DNA from: Bdellovibrionales bacterium
GTDB taxonomy: Bacteria > Bdellovibrionota > Bdellovibrionia > Bdellovibrionales > UBA1609
Direction of reading: 5' to 3'
Assembly (NCBI GenBank): GCA_965199825.1
Contig: OZ241329.1
Span: 1,120,001-1,184,000 of the forward strand
Length of the DNA: 64,000 bases
Shown piece by piece: positions 30,343-42,133 of this stretch. A program made the position numbers and the translations under genes. Position 1 is the stretch's first letter. Every line of letters starts with the position of its first letter. Below the pieces are notes generated by a model. That model did not search any database. It saw only the letters and a program-made list of their open reading frames with translations, and was not told the DNA's origin.

Positions 30343-31791
30343 TTGAGCACACCACGTATCACAGTCGCGCACGGCGATGGAATCGGGCCAGAAATCATGG
30401 CGGCGACACTAAGTACTCTTGAAAAAGCGGGTGCACAGCTTGCTTACGACACCATCGAAATTGGTGAAAAAGTTTATCATCGCGGACAAACTGCGGGCAT
30501 TGATGATTCCTCTTGGGATTTGTTACTAAAAAATAAAATCTTTTTGAAAGCTCCCATTACCACACCCCAAGGTGGCGGTTTTAAAAGTTTGAATGTGACG
30601 GTTAGAAAAACTCTTGGGCTTTATTCTAATGTGCGCCCTTGCCGGGCGTACTCGCCATTTGTCACAACCAAACATCCAAAAATGGATTTGGTGATCATCC
30701 GCGAAAATGAAGAAGATCTTTATGCCGGCATTGAACACCGGCAAACTCATGAAGTTTACCAGTGCTTAAAACTGATCACGCGTCCTGGAACCGAAAAAAT
30801 AGTGCGATACGCTTTTGAGTTTGCCAAACGAGCTAAGCGAAAAAAGGTCACCTGTTTTACCAAAGACAACATTATGAAAATGACCGATGGGTTATTTCAT
30901 AAAGTGTTTGATGAAATCGCGGCTGAATATCCCGACATTGAACGTGAACATTGGATCGTTGATATTGGTGCGGCCAAGCTTGCTGATACTCCAGAAGCTT
31001 TTGATGTGATTGTGATGCCCAATCTTTACGGCGATATTTTAAGTGATGTTGCGGCTCAAATTGCTGGATCTGTGGGACTTGCGGGATCTTCAAACATTGG
31101 CGAGCAGTGCTCGATGTTTGAGGCGATTCATGGATCTGCACCTCGCAGGGCCAACCAAAATTTGGCCAATCCTTCGGGCTTAATGCTCGCAGCCGTGCAG
31201 ATGCTGGTTCATATGGGTCAAGGCCAAGCCGCAGCCAAATTTCACAACGCTTGGCTCAAGACAATCGAAGATGGAATTCACACATACGATATCTTTCGCG
31301 AAGGTCAGAGTCGCAAAAAAGTGGGAACAAAAGAATTTGCAATGGCAGTTTGTGAGCGTATGGGTGAGGAGCCAAAAACTCTTCAAGCCGCAAAATATTC
31401 TGACGAAGCACCACTCGATCTTCGATATAAAAATACCGCCACAAAATTGGCTAAAAAAGAATTGGTGGGGATTGATATTTTTGTTCAGGAGAATGATCGC
31501 GATCCAGAAGCTTTGGCCAAAAAAATTCACTCCGCTCTTAAAGATATACCCCTTGAGCTGCAGATGATTTCGAACCGAGGTCTTAAAGTTTATCCTCATG
31601 GCCGTAAAGAAACTTTTTGTACCGATCATTGGCGCTGCCGATTTATGGCGCCCAAGGATCAAACCACCGATCAACAGACTTTTTGTAAATTGATGATCGA
31701 AATGGCAAATGCAAAAATGGATGTGATCAAGACAGAAAATCTTTATCTTTTTGATGGAGAAAAAGGCTTTTCACTCGGACAGGGTCAATAA
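30343..31791 (+). CDS. icd: NADP-dependent isocitrate dehydrogenase
   Basis: GDGIGPEI, KAPITTPQGGGFKSLNV, EAIHGSAP. Confidence 0.95.
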   Translation: MSTPRITVAHGDGIGPEIMAATLSTLEKAGAQLAYDTIEIGEKVYHRGQTAGIDDSSWDLLLKNKIFLKAPITTPQGGGFKSLNVTVRKTLGLYSNVRPCRAYSPFVTTKHPKMDLVIIRENEEDLYAGIEHRQTHEVYQCLKLITRPGTEKIVRYAFEFAKRAKRKKVTCFTKDNIMKMTDGLFHKVFDEIAAEYPDIEREHWIVDIGAAKLADTPEAFDVIVMPNLYGDILSDVAAQIAGSVGLAGSSNIGEQCSMFEAIHGSAPRRANQNLANPSGLMLAAVQMLVHMGQGQAAAKFHNAWLKTIEDGIHTYDIFREGQSRKKVGTKEFAMAVCERMGEEPKTLQAAKYSDEAPLDLRYKNTATKLAKKELVGIDIFVQENDRDPEALAKKIHSALKDIPLELQMISNRGLKVYPHGRKETFCTDHWRCRFMAPKDQTTDQQTFCKLMIEMANAKMDVIKTENLYLFDGEKGFSLGQGQ

Positions 31792-31794
31792 AGT

Positions 31795-33006
31795 TTAGCG
31801 AACATAAAATGGATTCGTATAAATCCACGGAATCCATTTTTTGCCATCAGGCAACGGCAGTGTTGGAATCACTCGAACCATGACTCGGTAAACCCCTGGA
31901 AGATGAAGGGGCATCCGAGTCAGTTTCGAATTTGAGGTCATTAATTTTTCACCATTGCGAAAGATAATTACATCCATCGGCACTTGAGGCTTCATCGGAA
32001 CCTCAACCGAAATATTGATCCCTTCATCCAATTTGATTTCTGATCCCATAGGGATAACCGTTTCGTTTTTGTCGGTGAGCCAAGCATTAAATCCCTTAGG
32101 ATTGGCGAGCGAATCGAGACTAAGGTAAAATCGCCCCTGCCTTAAAGCGGTACCAATTTTTAATCGATCCGAGGATGGATTGCCGGTGAGTTCAGTGGTG
32201 AGTAAAACATGATTGCTCATCAATCCAAAAAGGGTGCGGTAACTCGGAAATGATAAGACATGTGAACCATAAATTTGAAGTTTAGATTCAGCATCAGAGC
32301 CTGCAAATCCCACAAAGGTTCTTCGTGTTCCGAGATAATCCCAAAGATCGAGCTCTTGATAGGGATTTTCGAATAGTCTTAAAAAGGCGAGTCGCTCATT
32401 AAAGGGCCAGATAAATAGAGTCCATAAAAAACTGAGTTTTGAATGAAGCCATGCATTTTGCCAAATCAGTTTTAAATTGATGATCTCCATTCCATCCATA
32501 CCAATCGGAATTTCTCCGTTCCACTGAAAATTGGGTTTAAACGGATGGGCTAACACCAATATGCCGCTTTGGCGTGAACGATGGGATTGCGACAAAAGAT
32601 CGGTGAGCATCACTTGGGCTTGGCCGGCACTCTTAATATTTGCGGTGACTGCGGCATCGAGCATTAAAATTCTTGAATTCAAGTAATTGTATTTACCATC
32701 AACAAATACCAAAAGGTTATTGTGGTATCCCTCAACCCCGGTGGGTTGTTCGTACAAATTCAAGTCAGTCAGAAAAATAAAATCAAGCTCAGCCTCTTGA
32801 GCTGCAGAGATTACGTCGCCAAAACTTCCTGTTCCGGTACTTAAATCGGTGTGGACATTGATCACTCCTTTGTAGTCGTGAAAACCTTTTGGGTTTTCGG
32901 CCACCAGTTCTTTAGGAATGATTTTGATATCAACTCGGCTCAGAATTAATCCGTAGATAAAATAAAAAAATAAAAAACCAAGTGCGATTTTTTTTATTAA
33001 GGTCAA
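31795..33006 (-). CDS. PHP-domain metallohydrolase-like protein
   Basis: VHTDLSTG, FLTD, LAHPF, AGSDA. Confidence 0.7.
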   Translation of the reverse strand: MTLIKKIALGFLFFYFIYGLILSRVDIKIIPKELVAENPKGFHDYKGVINVHTDLSTGTGSFGDVISAAQEAELDFIFLTDLNLYEQPTGVEGYHNNLLVFVDGKYNYLNSRILMLDAAVTANIKSAGQAQVMLTDLLSQSHRSRQSGILVLAHPFKPNFQWNGEIPIGMDGMEIINLKLIWQNAWLHSKLSFLWTLFIWPFNERLAFLRLFENPYQELDLWDYLGTRRTFVGFAGSDAESKLQIYGSHVLSFPSYRTLFGLMSNHVLLTTELTGNPSSDRLKIGTALRQGRFYLSLDSLANPKGFNAWLTDKNETVIPMGSEIKLDEGINISVEVPMKPQVPMDVIIFRNGEKLMTSNSKLTRMPLHLPGVYRVMVRVIPTLPLPDGKKWIPWIYTNPFYVR

Positions 33007-34316
33007 CGTGGGTCAACCTCGACCAATTCAAAATTGTGGGAAAGAGGGCTCCGATTGGCGATCACAAAATCTTTTTGATAGTCTTGCGGTAACATTTCAT
33101 TTGGCTCACTGATCCAAAAAAATTTTTGACCTTTCATCGGTTGAGATTGAGCAAAAAAATCATAGGCATCCACACGACTCGAACCTTTTAGTTTATATAT
33201 TTGGCGCCTTAAATCAAAACTGATACTTGCAGCCATCTGGTAGGATCGTCCGTAAATAGGATTTATTTCTTGGACCTGTTGAGCAAGATCAGCAAAGACT
33301 TTTGATTCACTCGATTTTGTAATTGGCAGCCATTGATAGCGGAGCTGACTCAATATTAAAATAATGGCGACCACCCAAAATCCAAAAGTGAAATTTAGGG
33401 TTTTTTTAAATTTCAATCCGTGAGAACTCGCAAGAGCAAGCACCGCGGGGAATGCAATAATGGGCCAGTTGATTTCGGGCCGTGACTTAAATGAAGTAAT
33501 CAAAAAAAACAAAAATGGAAATAGCGCAAAAAACCAGAGCTCCCAATTTTTTCTAGATCGAGGTGCTTGAGACAACAGCCACAGCACAGTGGGAAAAATA
33601 AGAAAAAGTTCTCCCAAAATATAAGTCCGTGTCCATTCGAATTCGTAAGGCTCACTTCCAATCCCATGATTGAGTTGGAAGGCAATCGAAGCCCAGTGAT
33701 TTTGAATATTCCAAATGAGGACGGGAAGACTCGCAAGGATCAGTCCAGGAATGAGGGCAACAGACCAAATCACAATGATCCTCATCGGGACACGTTCTGA
33801 TAAAAGCCAGATCAAGGCACACGGAAAAAATAAAACCATCACATATTTTGATAAAAATCCGAGTCCAAGACTGAATCCAAGATAAAACGCAAACTTCAAT
33901 TGTTTGGTGTCTATAAGTTTGGTCATCAAATAAAAACTCAATGACCAAAAAAACATCAGTGGCAAATCGGGTGTGACGATCACGCTGCCGGGTCCGGTCA
34001 AGGGGTGTAACGCAAATAAAATAGCCCATAAATAGAGTGAATCGGGAGAGAGATATTTTTTTAAACCCAAAAACCAAAACACGCCGGTCAGGTGGCCAAA
34101 TAAAACCGCAGGCCAGCGAACCGTTTCACCAAATGGTTCAAAGATTTGACCCACCCAAAAAAGCCAAGCCACAAAAGGGGGATGATCAAAAAAACTCCAC
34201 TGAAGATTATGACTCCATGCCCAGTAGTAGGCTTCGTCTGCAAACAGTGGAATAAAAGCCGAAACCAATAATTTTAAGATTAATGAGTAGCTAAATACTT
34301 TTTGTATTGGGGTCAC
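33003..34316 (-). CDS. ArnT/PMT-like (GT39/GT83) membrane glycosyltransferase
   Basis: DEAYYWAWS, DHPP, TPD, LSKY. Confidence 0.85.
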   Translation of the reverse strand: MTPIQKVFSYSLILKLLVSAFIPLFADEAYYWAWSHNLQWSFFDHPPFVAWLFWVGQIFEPFGETVRWPAVLFGHLTGVFWFLGLKKYLSPDSLYLWAILFALHPLTGPGSVIVTPDLPLMFFWSLSFYLMTKLIDTKQLKFAFYLGFSLGLGFLSKYVMVLFFPCALIWLLSERVPMRIIVIWSVALIPGLILASLPVLIWNIQNHWASIAFQLNHGIGSEPYEFEWTRTYILGELFLIFPTVLWLLSQAPRSRKNWELWFFALFPFLFFLITSFKSRPEINWPIIAFPAVLALASSHGLKFKKTLNFTFGFWVVAIILILSQLRYQWLPITKSSESKVFADLAQQVQEINPIYGRSYQMAASISFDLRRQIYKLKGSSRVDAYDFFAQSQPMKGQKFFWISEPNEMLPQDYQKDFVIANRSPLSHNFELVEVDPR

Positions 34317-35137
34317 GGCAACTTAATTGTTTTGGGTTTACCAAGATCTCCTGGCACACCTGTGTCGCGACCATTGATAATGATGTCAATTGCGCCACCG
34401 TCGCTAGCTTCAACGTGAACCACACCTTTTGTTTTGATGGTGTGGACCTGGTCGGGTTGAAGTGTGATCTCAGTCACATCACCGCCGTTAACCTGAAATT
34501 TAAGGGTCACTTTATCCAAAGCCTCAAATATAATCTCGTTTTCGACATCACGTTTTTTTGGTGCGCTCGAAGGCTTGGGTTCTGGTTTTGGAGCTTCAAC
34601 TTTGGCTACAACTTCGGGTTTTGGAGTCAATGTAGGTGTTGGAATCGGAGTGGGCTCTATAGGAATCGTGATTGGCGATTCTGAGATGAGAGGTGTTGCT
34701 GAACTCACTGGACTCGAGATGGGAGCCGGGTCCGTTTGACGTTCGCGTTCATATTTTTCCATCAAGTTTCGCAACAAAAGAATGACCAAGATTAAAATAC
34801 CGATGGCTGAGATCGCAATTGCCTTGATAGTTCGGGCCCGCTTTTCGATATCTGGAAGAGCCGATGAGACAGTGGATTCTTTTGTTTGGATAACAGGCTG
34901 ATCGACAATGCTCTCTTCTTGGTAAGCCTTTAAGGTCGCCTCTGGATCAAGCTTCAAATAGCTTGCGTAAGAACGAATAAACCCGCGCAAAAATGTTCGT
35001 GCCGGAAGTTGAGCCTCATCGCCAGCTTCCATTGCGGCCAAAACTTTAAGATTAATTTTTGTGGCCATGCTCACTTCAATAAGTGAAACACCTAACTTTT
35101 CTCGTGCAGCTTTAAATTTTTCGCCCGTTTTTTTCAT
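34313..35137 (-). CDS. rodZ: RodZ-like HTH/TM/DUF4115 protein
   Basis: HTH with FLRGFIRSYASYL, TM, Pro-rich linker. Confidence 0.85.
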   Translation of the reverse strand: MKKTGEKFKAAREKLGVSLIEVSMATKINLKVLAAMEAGDEAQLPARTFLRGFIRSYASYLKLDPEATLKAYQEESIVDQPVIQTKESTVSSALPDIEKRARTIKAIAISAIGILILVILLLRNLMEKYERERQTDPAPISSPVSSATPLISESPITIPIEPTPIPTPTLTPKPEVVAKVEAPKPEPKPSSAPKKRDVENEIIFEALDKVTLKFQVNGGDVTEITLQPDQVHTIKTKGVVHVEASDGGAIDIIINGRDTGVPGDLGKPKTIKLP

Positions 35138-35874
35138 TTTAGCATTTCCATGATCATCCGCGCTTGAGGCGCATATTCGCTATTTTCATATTTAGCCAGA
35201 AACAAGGTCAGCCGGTCTACCGCATTATTTCGATCGCCTTTTTTAAAATAACTTAATCCCGAAAAAAACAACGGCTCATCGAAATTATTATCTCGACACA
35301 GCTGAGTGGCCTGATCAAGCGTTTTGGCGGCACGCTCAAAATTCTGAAGCTCATAATGTGTGCGCCCCATGAGGTTTGTGGCTCCGCAATCGTTAGAACG
35401 AAAATTTAAGGACTGATTGAGAGTTTTTTTGGCCAGTTGGAAATCTTTTTTCTTAAAGTATCCTACCGCAAGTGTGGTTAAGATCTGATCGGGTTTAGAA
35501 AAAGTAAGGTCATCCGCAGCAATTTTGAGCTGGGTAATCGCATCATCAAATCGACTTTGATCGATCAACATTTTGCCATAATAAAATCGGGCTTCGGTAA
35601 ATTTCTTGTCCAATTGCAGCGCTCTTTTGAAATGTTCCTCAGCCGTGGCAAAGTGCTCTCGAACAGAGTAGGCAAGACCCAGATACATCTGAATTTGTTT
35701 ATTTTTTGGATCTAATTTTTCGGCTAGTAGCAGTTCACCAAGAGCTTCAGGGTTTTTGTGATTCCCTAAGAGTGAAGCTCCGATTTGCAAATGGAGTTGG
35801 GCTTTTTTGACATCGGTTTTAGAAGCAGACACACAGCCACTTAAAAATACCATCAAGCACAACAAAAATTTCAT
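35134..35874 (-). CDS. TPR lipoprotein (PilF/PilW/Tgl-like)
   Basis: Lipobox LSGC, TPR repeats; upstream of rodZ; start ATG 35874. Confidence 0.75.
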   Translation of the reverse strand: MKFLLCLMVFLSGCVSASKTDVKKAQLHLQIGASLLGNHKNPEALGELLLAEKLDPKNKQIQMYLGLAYSVREHFATAEEHFKRALQLDKKFTEARFYYGKMLIDQSRFDDAITQLKIAADDLTFSKPDQILTTLAVGYFKKKDFQLAKKTLNQSLNFRSNDCGATNLMGRTHYELQNFERAAKTLDQATQLCRDNNFDEPLFFSGLSYFKKGDRNNAVDRLTLFLAKYENSEYAPQARMIMEMLK

Positions 35875-35913
35875 AAACCTAAAGTAACAACAGTTTCTGA
35901 CATTATCCAATTA

Positions 35914-36966
35914 TCAATTTCGACGCTGCATAACGCAAAGAGTTTCGATATGCGCGGTTTGAGGAAACATATCAAAACCTTGAACACTTGTGATGACAAA
36001 GTCCTGCATCAAAGGCTCAAGATCGCGCACCAAAGTCATCGGCTGACAGCTGACATAGATCAGTGTCTCAACATTTTTTTGATTGAGTAAACCTTTGATC
36101 ACATTTGGAGTTATTCCCGCACGGGGAGGGTCTAGCAAAATCGTATCGCACAAAGTCCGATTTGATTCTAAATAAGTCTCAACATTCTCACACACAAATT
36201 TGATATGCGACTGCGCATGGGCTAATTGTTGAGCGAGCTGAATACTTGATTTTGAAAGCTCAACTCCTGTGACTTCACTCAAAGGTAAGTGCTGTGCAAT
36301 CGGAAATGTGAAATTTCCGTGACCACAGTAAAGATCCAATATTTTTTTTGAATCAGGAGAAATTGCGGCGAGCACCGCCGTGATCAGATTTTTATTTTGC
36401 TCGGTATTGACCTGCGAAAATGTTTGATTGTTTGAGTCGGTTACAGAAATTTCTTTGCGTTCAGTTGAGCGATCAATATTTTTCATTTGGTTAGTCACAG
36501 CGAGCTCGGTGATCGGGCAATCTTCGATCTCAACCAGCTTGTGACTGGATCTTGCAAAAAAGCCCATACGTCCATTTTTAAAATGCAATTGAATGCGGTT
36601 GCGATACCGGTAAGTCAAAGGGGAGGGCAAAAAATTTTTGAAAGTCGGATTCAGTTTTTGAAAAGTCCGCCGCAAGATTTTGTCTTTTTGATTAAGCTGT
36701 TCTTGATAGTCCACGTGTTGCCAATCGCATCCGCCGCACACTCCAAACACGGGGCATTGGGGTAAAGTGCGCGAAGCTCCAGATTCGATCACTGAGATCA
36801 CTTGGCCCACAGCAAATCGTTTTTTTCGTTCGATAATTTTTATTTCGACAAGATCGCCAGGAGCGGTGAAAGGAACAAAAATAACTTCACCGTTATGACG
36901 GCCAACTCCGCGGCCGCCATTGTAGGATAAACTCTCGATACGAACTTTAAGAATTGACGAGTTCAC
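35914..36966 (-). CDS. rlmD: TRAM-domain RNA m5U methyltransferase (RlmD-like)
   Basis: [35 protein letters not shown]; probable GTG start at 36966. Confidence 0.8.
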   Translation of the reverse strand: MNSSILKVRIESLSYNGGRGVGRHNGEVIFVPFTAPGDLVEIKIIERKKRFAVGQVISVIESGASRTLPQCPVFGVCGGCDWQHVDYQEQLNQKDKILRRTFQKLNPTFKNFLPSPLTYRYRNRIQLHFKNGRMGFFARSSHKLVEIEDCPITELAVTNQMKNIDRSTERKEISVTDSNNQTFSQVNTEQNKNLITAVLAAISPDSKKILDLYCGHGNFTFPIAQHLPLSEVTGVELSKSSIQLAQQLAHAQSHIKFVCENVETYLESNRTLCDTILLDPPRAGITPNVIKGLLNQKNVETLIYVSCQPMTLVRDLEPLMQDFVITSVQGFDMFPQTAHIETLCVMQRRN

Positions 36967-37372
36967 TGGATTCGAAAAACAAACCGAGTTCGCGTTTTGC
37001 ACTCTCAGCACTGTCAGAGCCATGCACTGCATTTTCGCCCATGCTCCCACCAAATTCGGCACGCAAAGTTCCAGCCGCAGCTTTTTTAGGATCGGTTGCG
37101 CCCATGATTTCGCGATTGCGCAGCACCGCGTTTTCGCCTTTTAAAGCCATCAGCATCACTGGGCCTGAAGTCATAAATGTCACAAGCTCACCAAAAAATG
37201 GACGCTCTTTGTGTTCGGCATAAAACTCTTCACACTTTGATTTATTGAGGTGGACTAATTTTGCTCCAGCGACTTTTAGTCCGCTAGTTTCAAATTTGTG
37301 AATGATGGCTCCGATTGCACCTTTTTTGACGGCATCGGGCTTAATAATACTAAACGTAGTTTCTACGGACAT
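36947..37372 (-). CDS. ndk: Nucleoside diphosphate kinase
   Basis: [15 protein letters not shown]. Confidence 0.98.
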   Translation of the reverse strand: MSVETTFSIIKPDAVKKGAIGAIIHKFETSGLKVAGAKLVHLNKSKCEEFYAEHKERPFFGELVTFMTSGPVMLMALKGENAVLRNREIMGATDPKKAAAGTLRAEFGGSMGENAVHGSDSAESAKRELGLFFESSELVNS

Positions 37373-37383
37373 TCGAACTCTCC

Positions 37384-38250
37384 TTATAAACTTGATTTTA
37401 ATGTGGATCCGAGATCAGCCGGACTTTGTGCAATATGGCAGCCCGCAGATCGAAGTGCATCAAATTTCGCTTGGGCTGTGCCTTTGCCGCCACTAATAAT
37501 TGCACCGGCATGACCCATTCGTTTTCCGGGAGGCGCAGTAGATCCTGCAATAAAGCAGGTGACAGGTTTTTTGAATTCTTTCTTGATGTATTCCGCAGCC
37601 TCTTCTTCGGCTGTTCCACCAATTTCGCCAATCATAATCACCGCATCGGTGCCAGCATCTTTATTAAACATTTCTAGTATATCAATAAAGTTTGTACCAT
37701 TCACGGGATCGCCGCCGATTCCAACACAACTACTTTGGCCAAGGCCGACTTTGGATAACTGATAAACCGCTTCGTAAGTCAACGTGCCTGAGCGCGAGAG
37801 CACCCCAATGCGTCCTGGTTTATGAATATGACCAGGCATAATTCCGATTTTGCATTCGCCGGGGGTAATAACGCCGGGACAGTTGGGTCCGATCAACCGA
37901 GTTTTTTTGCCCTTCATATAATTTTTTGTCTTAACCATATCCAAAACAGGGATGCCTTCGGTGATGCACACCACGAGTTCAAGACCAGCATCAACCGCTT
38001 CCATAATCGCATCGGCTGCGAAAGGAGGCGGAACATAAATCACACTTGCGGTTGCTCCCGTTTTTTCGACCGCATCGCGAACCGTATCAAAAACAGGAAG
38101 ACCAATGTGAGTGGTTCCACCTTTTCCTGGAGTCACCCCACCTACCATTTTGGTTCCATAGGCCACGGCTTGCTCAGAATGAAATGTTCCCTGTGCACCA
38201 GTAAATCCTTGGCAGATCACTTTGGTATTTTTATTTACAAGAATCGACAT
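37384..38250 (-). CDS. sucD: Succinyl-CoA synthetase alpha subunit
   Basis: QGFTG, GPNCPG, RMGHAGA. Confidence 0.98.
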   Translation of the reverse strand: MSILVNKNTKVICQGFTGAQGTFHSEQAVAYGTKMVGGVTPGKGGTTHIGLPVFDTVRDAVEKTGATASVIYVPPPFAADAIMEAVDAGLELVVCITEGIPVLDMVKTKNYMKGKKTRLIGPNCPGVITPGECKIGIMPGHIHKPGRIGVLSRSGTLTYEAVYQLSKVGLGQSSCVGIGGDPVNGTNFIDILEMFNKDAGTDAVIMIGEIGGTAEEEAAEYIKKEFKKPVTCFIAGSTAPPGKRMGHAGAIISGGKGTAQAKFDALRSAGCHIAQSPADLGSTLKSSL

Positions 38251-39419
38251 CAGTGTGCTCCCTTAACTGCGGTTACGATTTTTTCTGCGGCATCGGTAAG
38301 ATCATCTGCAGGAGTGATATTTAAACCACTTTCTGCCAAGATCTTTTTGCCTAACTCAAAATTTGTTCCCTGGAGGCGAACTACAAGTGGAACACTTAAG
38401 CCGAGTTCACGGCTGGCGGCGATCACACCTTCGGCAATAATGTCGCACTTCATGATTCCACCAAAAATATTGACCAGAATTCCGCGAACGTTTTTATCTT
38501 TTAAAATCAGTTTGAAAGCATTGGTGACTTTTTCTTTATTTGCACCACCGCCCACATCCAAAAAGTTGGCCGGTGAACCGCCATGAAGTTTAATGATATC
38601 CATAGTGGCCATCGCAAGACCCGCACCGTTAACAAGACAGCCAATATTGCCGTCGAGTTTAATAAATGCCAGATCGTATTTACTCGCTTCGATTTCTGAG
38701 GGCTCTTCTTCGCTCAAATCGCGAAGTTCGACCACATCGGAATGGCGAAACAAAGCATTGCTATCAAAATTCATTTTTGCATCGAGCGTGATGATGTCGC
38801 CGTCTTTGGTCACAACAAGAGGATTGATTTCTGCCATCGAACAGTCACTGGCTTCGAACGCTTTATAAAGAGCCACAAATTGATTTGCGGCCTTGCTTGC
38901 CACTTTGTCTTTCATGCCGATCGCAAACGCAAGTTCGCGCGCCTGAAAGGGCATCAGACCGACTGCAGGATCAACCACCACTCGGGTGATTTTTTCTGGA
39001 GATTTATCGGCAACTTCTTCGATGTCCATTCCACCTTCGGAACTGGCGATCAAAGTCACTTTGCCAAAAACACGATCAACAAGTGCGGCCACATAATATT
39101 CTTTTTCGATGGCACAGCCTTGCTCAACTAAGACTTTTAAAACTTTTTTGCCCTCTGGTCCGGTTTGATGGGTAACAAGGGTCATACCAATAATGTTTTT
39201 GGCGTAGGTTTTAACTTCGTCTAAAGATTTTGCGACTTTTACGCCGCCACCTTTACCGCGACCGCCGGCATGAATTTGGGCTTTGACAACCCAAACCGAT
39301 CCGCCGAGTTCTTGCGCCGCTTTGACCGCGGCTTCGGGAGTGTCCGCAGTAATTCCTTTTAAGGTCGACACACCAAATTTACGTAAAAGTGCTTTGGCTT
39401 GATATTCATGAATATTCAT
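38250..39419 (-). CDS. sucC: Succinyl-CoA synthetase beta subunit
   Basis: [27 protein letters not shown]. Confidence 0.98.
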   Translation of the reverse strand: MNIHEYQAKALLRKFGVSTLKGITADTPEAAVKAAQELGGSVWVVKAQIHAGGRGKGGGVKVAKSLDEVKTYAKNIIGMTLVTHQTGPEGKKVLKVLVEQGCAIEKEYYVAALVDRVFGKVTLIASSEGGMDIEEVADKSPEKITRVVVDPAVGLMPFQARELAFAIGMKDKVASKAANQFVALYKAFEASDCSMAEINPLVVTKDGDIITLDAKMNFDSNALFRHSDVVELRDLSEEEPSEIEASKYDLAFIKLDGNIGCLVNGAGLAMATMDIIKLHGGSPANFLDVGGGANKEKVTNAFKLILKDKNVRGILVNIFGGIMKCDIIAEGVIAASRELGLSVPLVVRLQGTNFELGKKILAESGLNITPADDLTDAAEKIVTAVKGAH

Positions 39420-40375
39420 TAGAACTCCAATTTCTTAAGTGCTTCGACTAATTCGATCACTGCTTTTTTAGAATGCTCGAGTCCTGCGCGTTCGGTGTCA
39501 TTGAGTTTGACCTCAATCACTTTTTCTAAACCATTTCCACCAAGGCTGCACAATACACCAATAAACAAATCATTGATGCCGTACTCACCTTGTAAAAATG
39601 CAGCACAGGGAAGAACTCGTTTTTGATCGCGCAAAATACTCTCAGCCATTTGCACAGCACTGGCCGAGGGAGCGTAAAATGCAGATCCTGTTTTGAGTAG
39701 GCCAACAATTTCTGCGCCGCCATTGCGTGTGCGATCAACTAATGCTTGAACCCGATCTGCAGGCAAAAATTCTTGAAGTGGAATTCCACCAACCGAACAA
39801 TGGCGCGGCATTGGGACCATGGTATCGCCATGACCACCGAGCACAAATGCTTGGATATCTTTGACACTGACATTTGTTTCTTCAGCAATAAAAGATCGAA
39901 AGCGTGCAGAGTCTAAAACTCCAGCCATCCCAATCACTCGCTCTCGAGGAAATCCCAAAACATCTTTTGCAACAAAGGCCATTGCATCTAAAGGATTGCT
40001 GACAACAATCACAACACTTTGAGGTGCGTATTGTTTAATTCCCTTACACACTTCTTTCATAATTTTGGCGTTGGTTGAAAGTAAGTCATCACGGCTCATT
40101 CCAGGTTTACGCGGAATTCCAGCAGTCACAATCACCACATCAGAATCCGAAATGTCTTTGTAATCCGCAGTTCCAACAACGCGCGAATCAAAACCTTCAA
40201 CAGGTGAAGCCTCAAAAAGATCAAGGGCTTTTCCCTTTGCGACCCCTTCGTTCACATCGAGAAGGACCACATCGCCCAATTCTTTTGCGGCTGCCCAATG
40301 CGCGCATGTTGATCCAACAAATCCCGCACCAATCACAGAAATCTTTTTACGTTTGTGTCCCATATCGAATGCCAC
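39419..40375 (-). CDS. mdh: Malate dehydrogenase (LDH-like)
   Basis: [21 protein letters not shown]. Confidence 0.96.
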   Translation of the reverse strand: MAFDMGHKRKKISVIGAGFVGSTCAHWAAAKELGDVVLLDVNEGVAKGKALDLFEASPVEGFDSRVVGTADYKDISDSDVVIVTAGIPRKPGMSRDDLLSTNAKIMKEVCKGIKQYAPQSVVIVVSNPLDAMAFVAKDVLGFPRERVIGMAGVLDSARFRSFIAEETNVSVKDIQAFVLGGHGDTMVPMPRHCSVGGIPLQEFLPADRVQALVDRTRNGGAEIVGLLKTGSAFYAPSASAVQMAESILRDQKRVLPCAAFLQGEYGINDLFIGVLCSLGGNGLEKVIEVKLNDTERAGLEHSKKAVIELVEALKKLEF

Positions 40376-40498
40376 CTTTCAGGTATTTTTTTAAAGCCCA
40401 TGTTATATCAGAGCGCCGTTTCGATCTTCAACTTCGCTACTCTGTGCAGCGAAGCGTTACCTTTACAATCCCAAACTCACAGAGCACACTGAACCAAT

Positions 40499-41092
40499 AT
40501 GAAAATGATGATCTCGATTTTAATTTCTTTTTTGGTAAACGGGCACGCGCAAATTTTAATGGACGATTCTCAAGGCACAACAAAGTCCAGTATGAGCATG
40601 CGTTCGGCTAATGATATTTATGATATGCGACGCTCGCATCGGGTGGGCGCCGGATTTTCGGCACTGGGCCCAAGTGGAGTGGCGGGACTTATCGTCGAGC
40701 TTAATTTTACGACCGAGAATAGTTTTGTCGGTGGTTTTGGAATGGGCTCAGATTTTCAGGCCTTCCATCTTCAGGTGAAACATGTGTTTGGCGGAAATTA
40801 TGTCAGTCCATATTTAAGTGGCGGAGTTGCACACTGGTACACACCGTCCCCTCAAGGGAATCTTGAAAAAACTCATCCTAGCTTTTTGGTCGACAGATTT
40901 TTGACCGCAGAAAAACGTCAAAGCGGAAATTTTCAGGAAAATATTTTGTTTCCCGCATTTGGAATTCAATATGTTCAGTTTTCTGGTGCTTATGCGGGTG
41001 CGAGTCTTTATGCCGAAGTCGATGCATTGTTTGATATTAATTCGCTAGTGATGGTGCCCACGGGCTCTGGCGGATTTCTTTATTACTTCTAA
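40499..41092 (+). CDS. Small outer-membrane beta-barrel-like protein
   Basis: Signal peptide; beta-strands; C-terminal YYF. Confidence 0.65.
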   Translation: MKMMISILISFLVNGHAQILMDDSQGTTKSSMSMRSANDIYDMRRSHRVGAGFSALGPSGVAGLIVELNFTTENSFVGGFGMGSDFQAFHLQVKHVFGGNYVSPYLSGGVAHWYTPSPQGNLEKTHPSFLVDRFLTAEKRQSGNFQENILFPAFGIQYVQFSGAYAGASLYAEVDALFDINSLVMVPTGSGGFLYYF

Positions 41093-41103
41093 ATTTTAGA
41101 CAT

Positions 41104-41134
41104 AAAAAAACCCTTAAGCTTTTGACTTAAGGGT
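41104..41134 (-). terminator. Rho-independent terminator
   Basis: ACCCTTAAG/CTTAAGGGT stem with an A-tract (U-tract on the minus strand). Confidence 0.75.
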
Positions 41135-41160
41135 CTCAAACACTCTGATTAACAGAGGAT

Positions 41161-41238
41161 TTACTTTTTCTTACGAGCAACTTTTTTAGTAGCTGTTTTT
41201 TTCTTTGATGCTTTTTTAGCAACTTTCTTTTTAGCCAT
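41161..41238 (-). CDS. 25-aa Lys-rich basic peptide (H1-like composition)
   Basis: MAKKKVAKKASKKKTATKKVARKKK; AGGAGG RBS; own terminator. Missed by the ORF track. Confidence 0.75.
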   Translation of the reverse strand: MAKKKVAKKASKKKTATKKVARKKK

Positions 41239-41368
41239 TTTCGGATCCTCCTGGGATGAGTTTCAATGTTGTTCACATTGTTGTTTCAATTCAAGTGTAC
41301 CTTGGCGACTTCATCGGTCAATAGAAAAAATTAAATATGTCATCGAAATTGCAATTCAAGGTCTAGCG

Positions 41369-42133
41369 ATGACAACTCAAAACATATTTGTGTTTACCAT
41401 GTGTTTGTTCGGATTGATGTCCGCACTTCGGTCACTTCATCAACTGAATGAATCTGCAATTTGCGAGCGTGATGATGTGAAAACAGCTGCAGCACTTCAC
41501 TGTTTTTTCTTAAGCGCGCCGATATTGATCTCAATATGGACACCCATATTTGCAATCGGGCTTATGGCTCTGCACATCTTAGGAACAACCCACATTTTAA
41601 AAATCGCCCTCTACTTCAAGTTCCGAAAGTTCGAGAACCAAAAGATTTTTTTCTTAAGCTTTTTGATTTTAAAGATGAAGGGAGGTCTTTCGCTCCGATC
41701 GGCAATCAAAGAACTCACTCTCGATTTTGAAAGTGGGCAAAAGTTTTTATATGTCTTTGCTCGCCAACTGCGCGAGACGCTTGAGACTGCAAAAGTCTCC
41801 CGCGGATTAAGCGAACTGCCCAATACTGCAGAACTGGCTCGAGAAATTCTGCAAGCCGAACAAAGTCCGCAACACTGCCTCAAGCGGTTGATCAACTTGC
41901 GTGAACGATTTAAAAAACAATTTTCTTTTCGACAAAGGTCCGGACAAGCGCTGACTCAGATTCGGGCGCAAACAATTATTCTTGGATTTCTTTATGGCGC
42001 CCTGATGGCGTTCGTCACTTACCAATATGGCATCAAACGGTTTGTGGAGCTGCGAGTGCTCTCAATTGTCCTGTTCGGTATCGGAGTAACTTCAGTTTTT
42101 TATTTGGGAGGTAAAATCAAATGGAAGGTTTAG
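41369..42133 (+). CDS. Divergent TadB-like membrane protein
   Basis: KGGLSLRSA and Q..AQ plus two C-terminal TMs, resembling the T2SS F family. Confidence 0.55.
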   Translation: MTTQNIFVFTMCLFGLMSALRSLHQLNESAICERDDVKTAAALHCFFLSAPILISIWTPIFAIGLMALHILGTTHILKIALYFKFRKFENQKIFFLSFLILKMKGGLSLRSAIKELTLDFESGQKFLYVFARQLRETLETAKVSRGLSELPNTAELAREILQAEQSPQHCLKRLINLRERFKKQFSFRQRSGQALTQIRAQTIILGFLYGALMAFVTYQYGIKRFVELRVLSIVLFGIGVTSVFYLGGKIKWKV

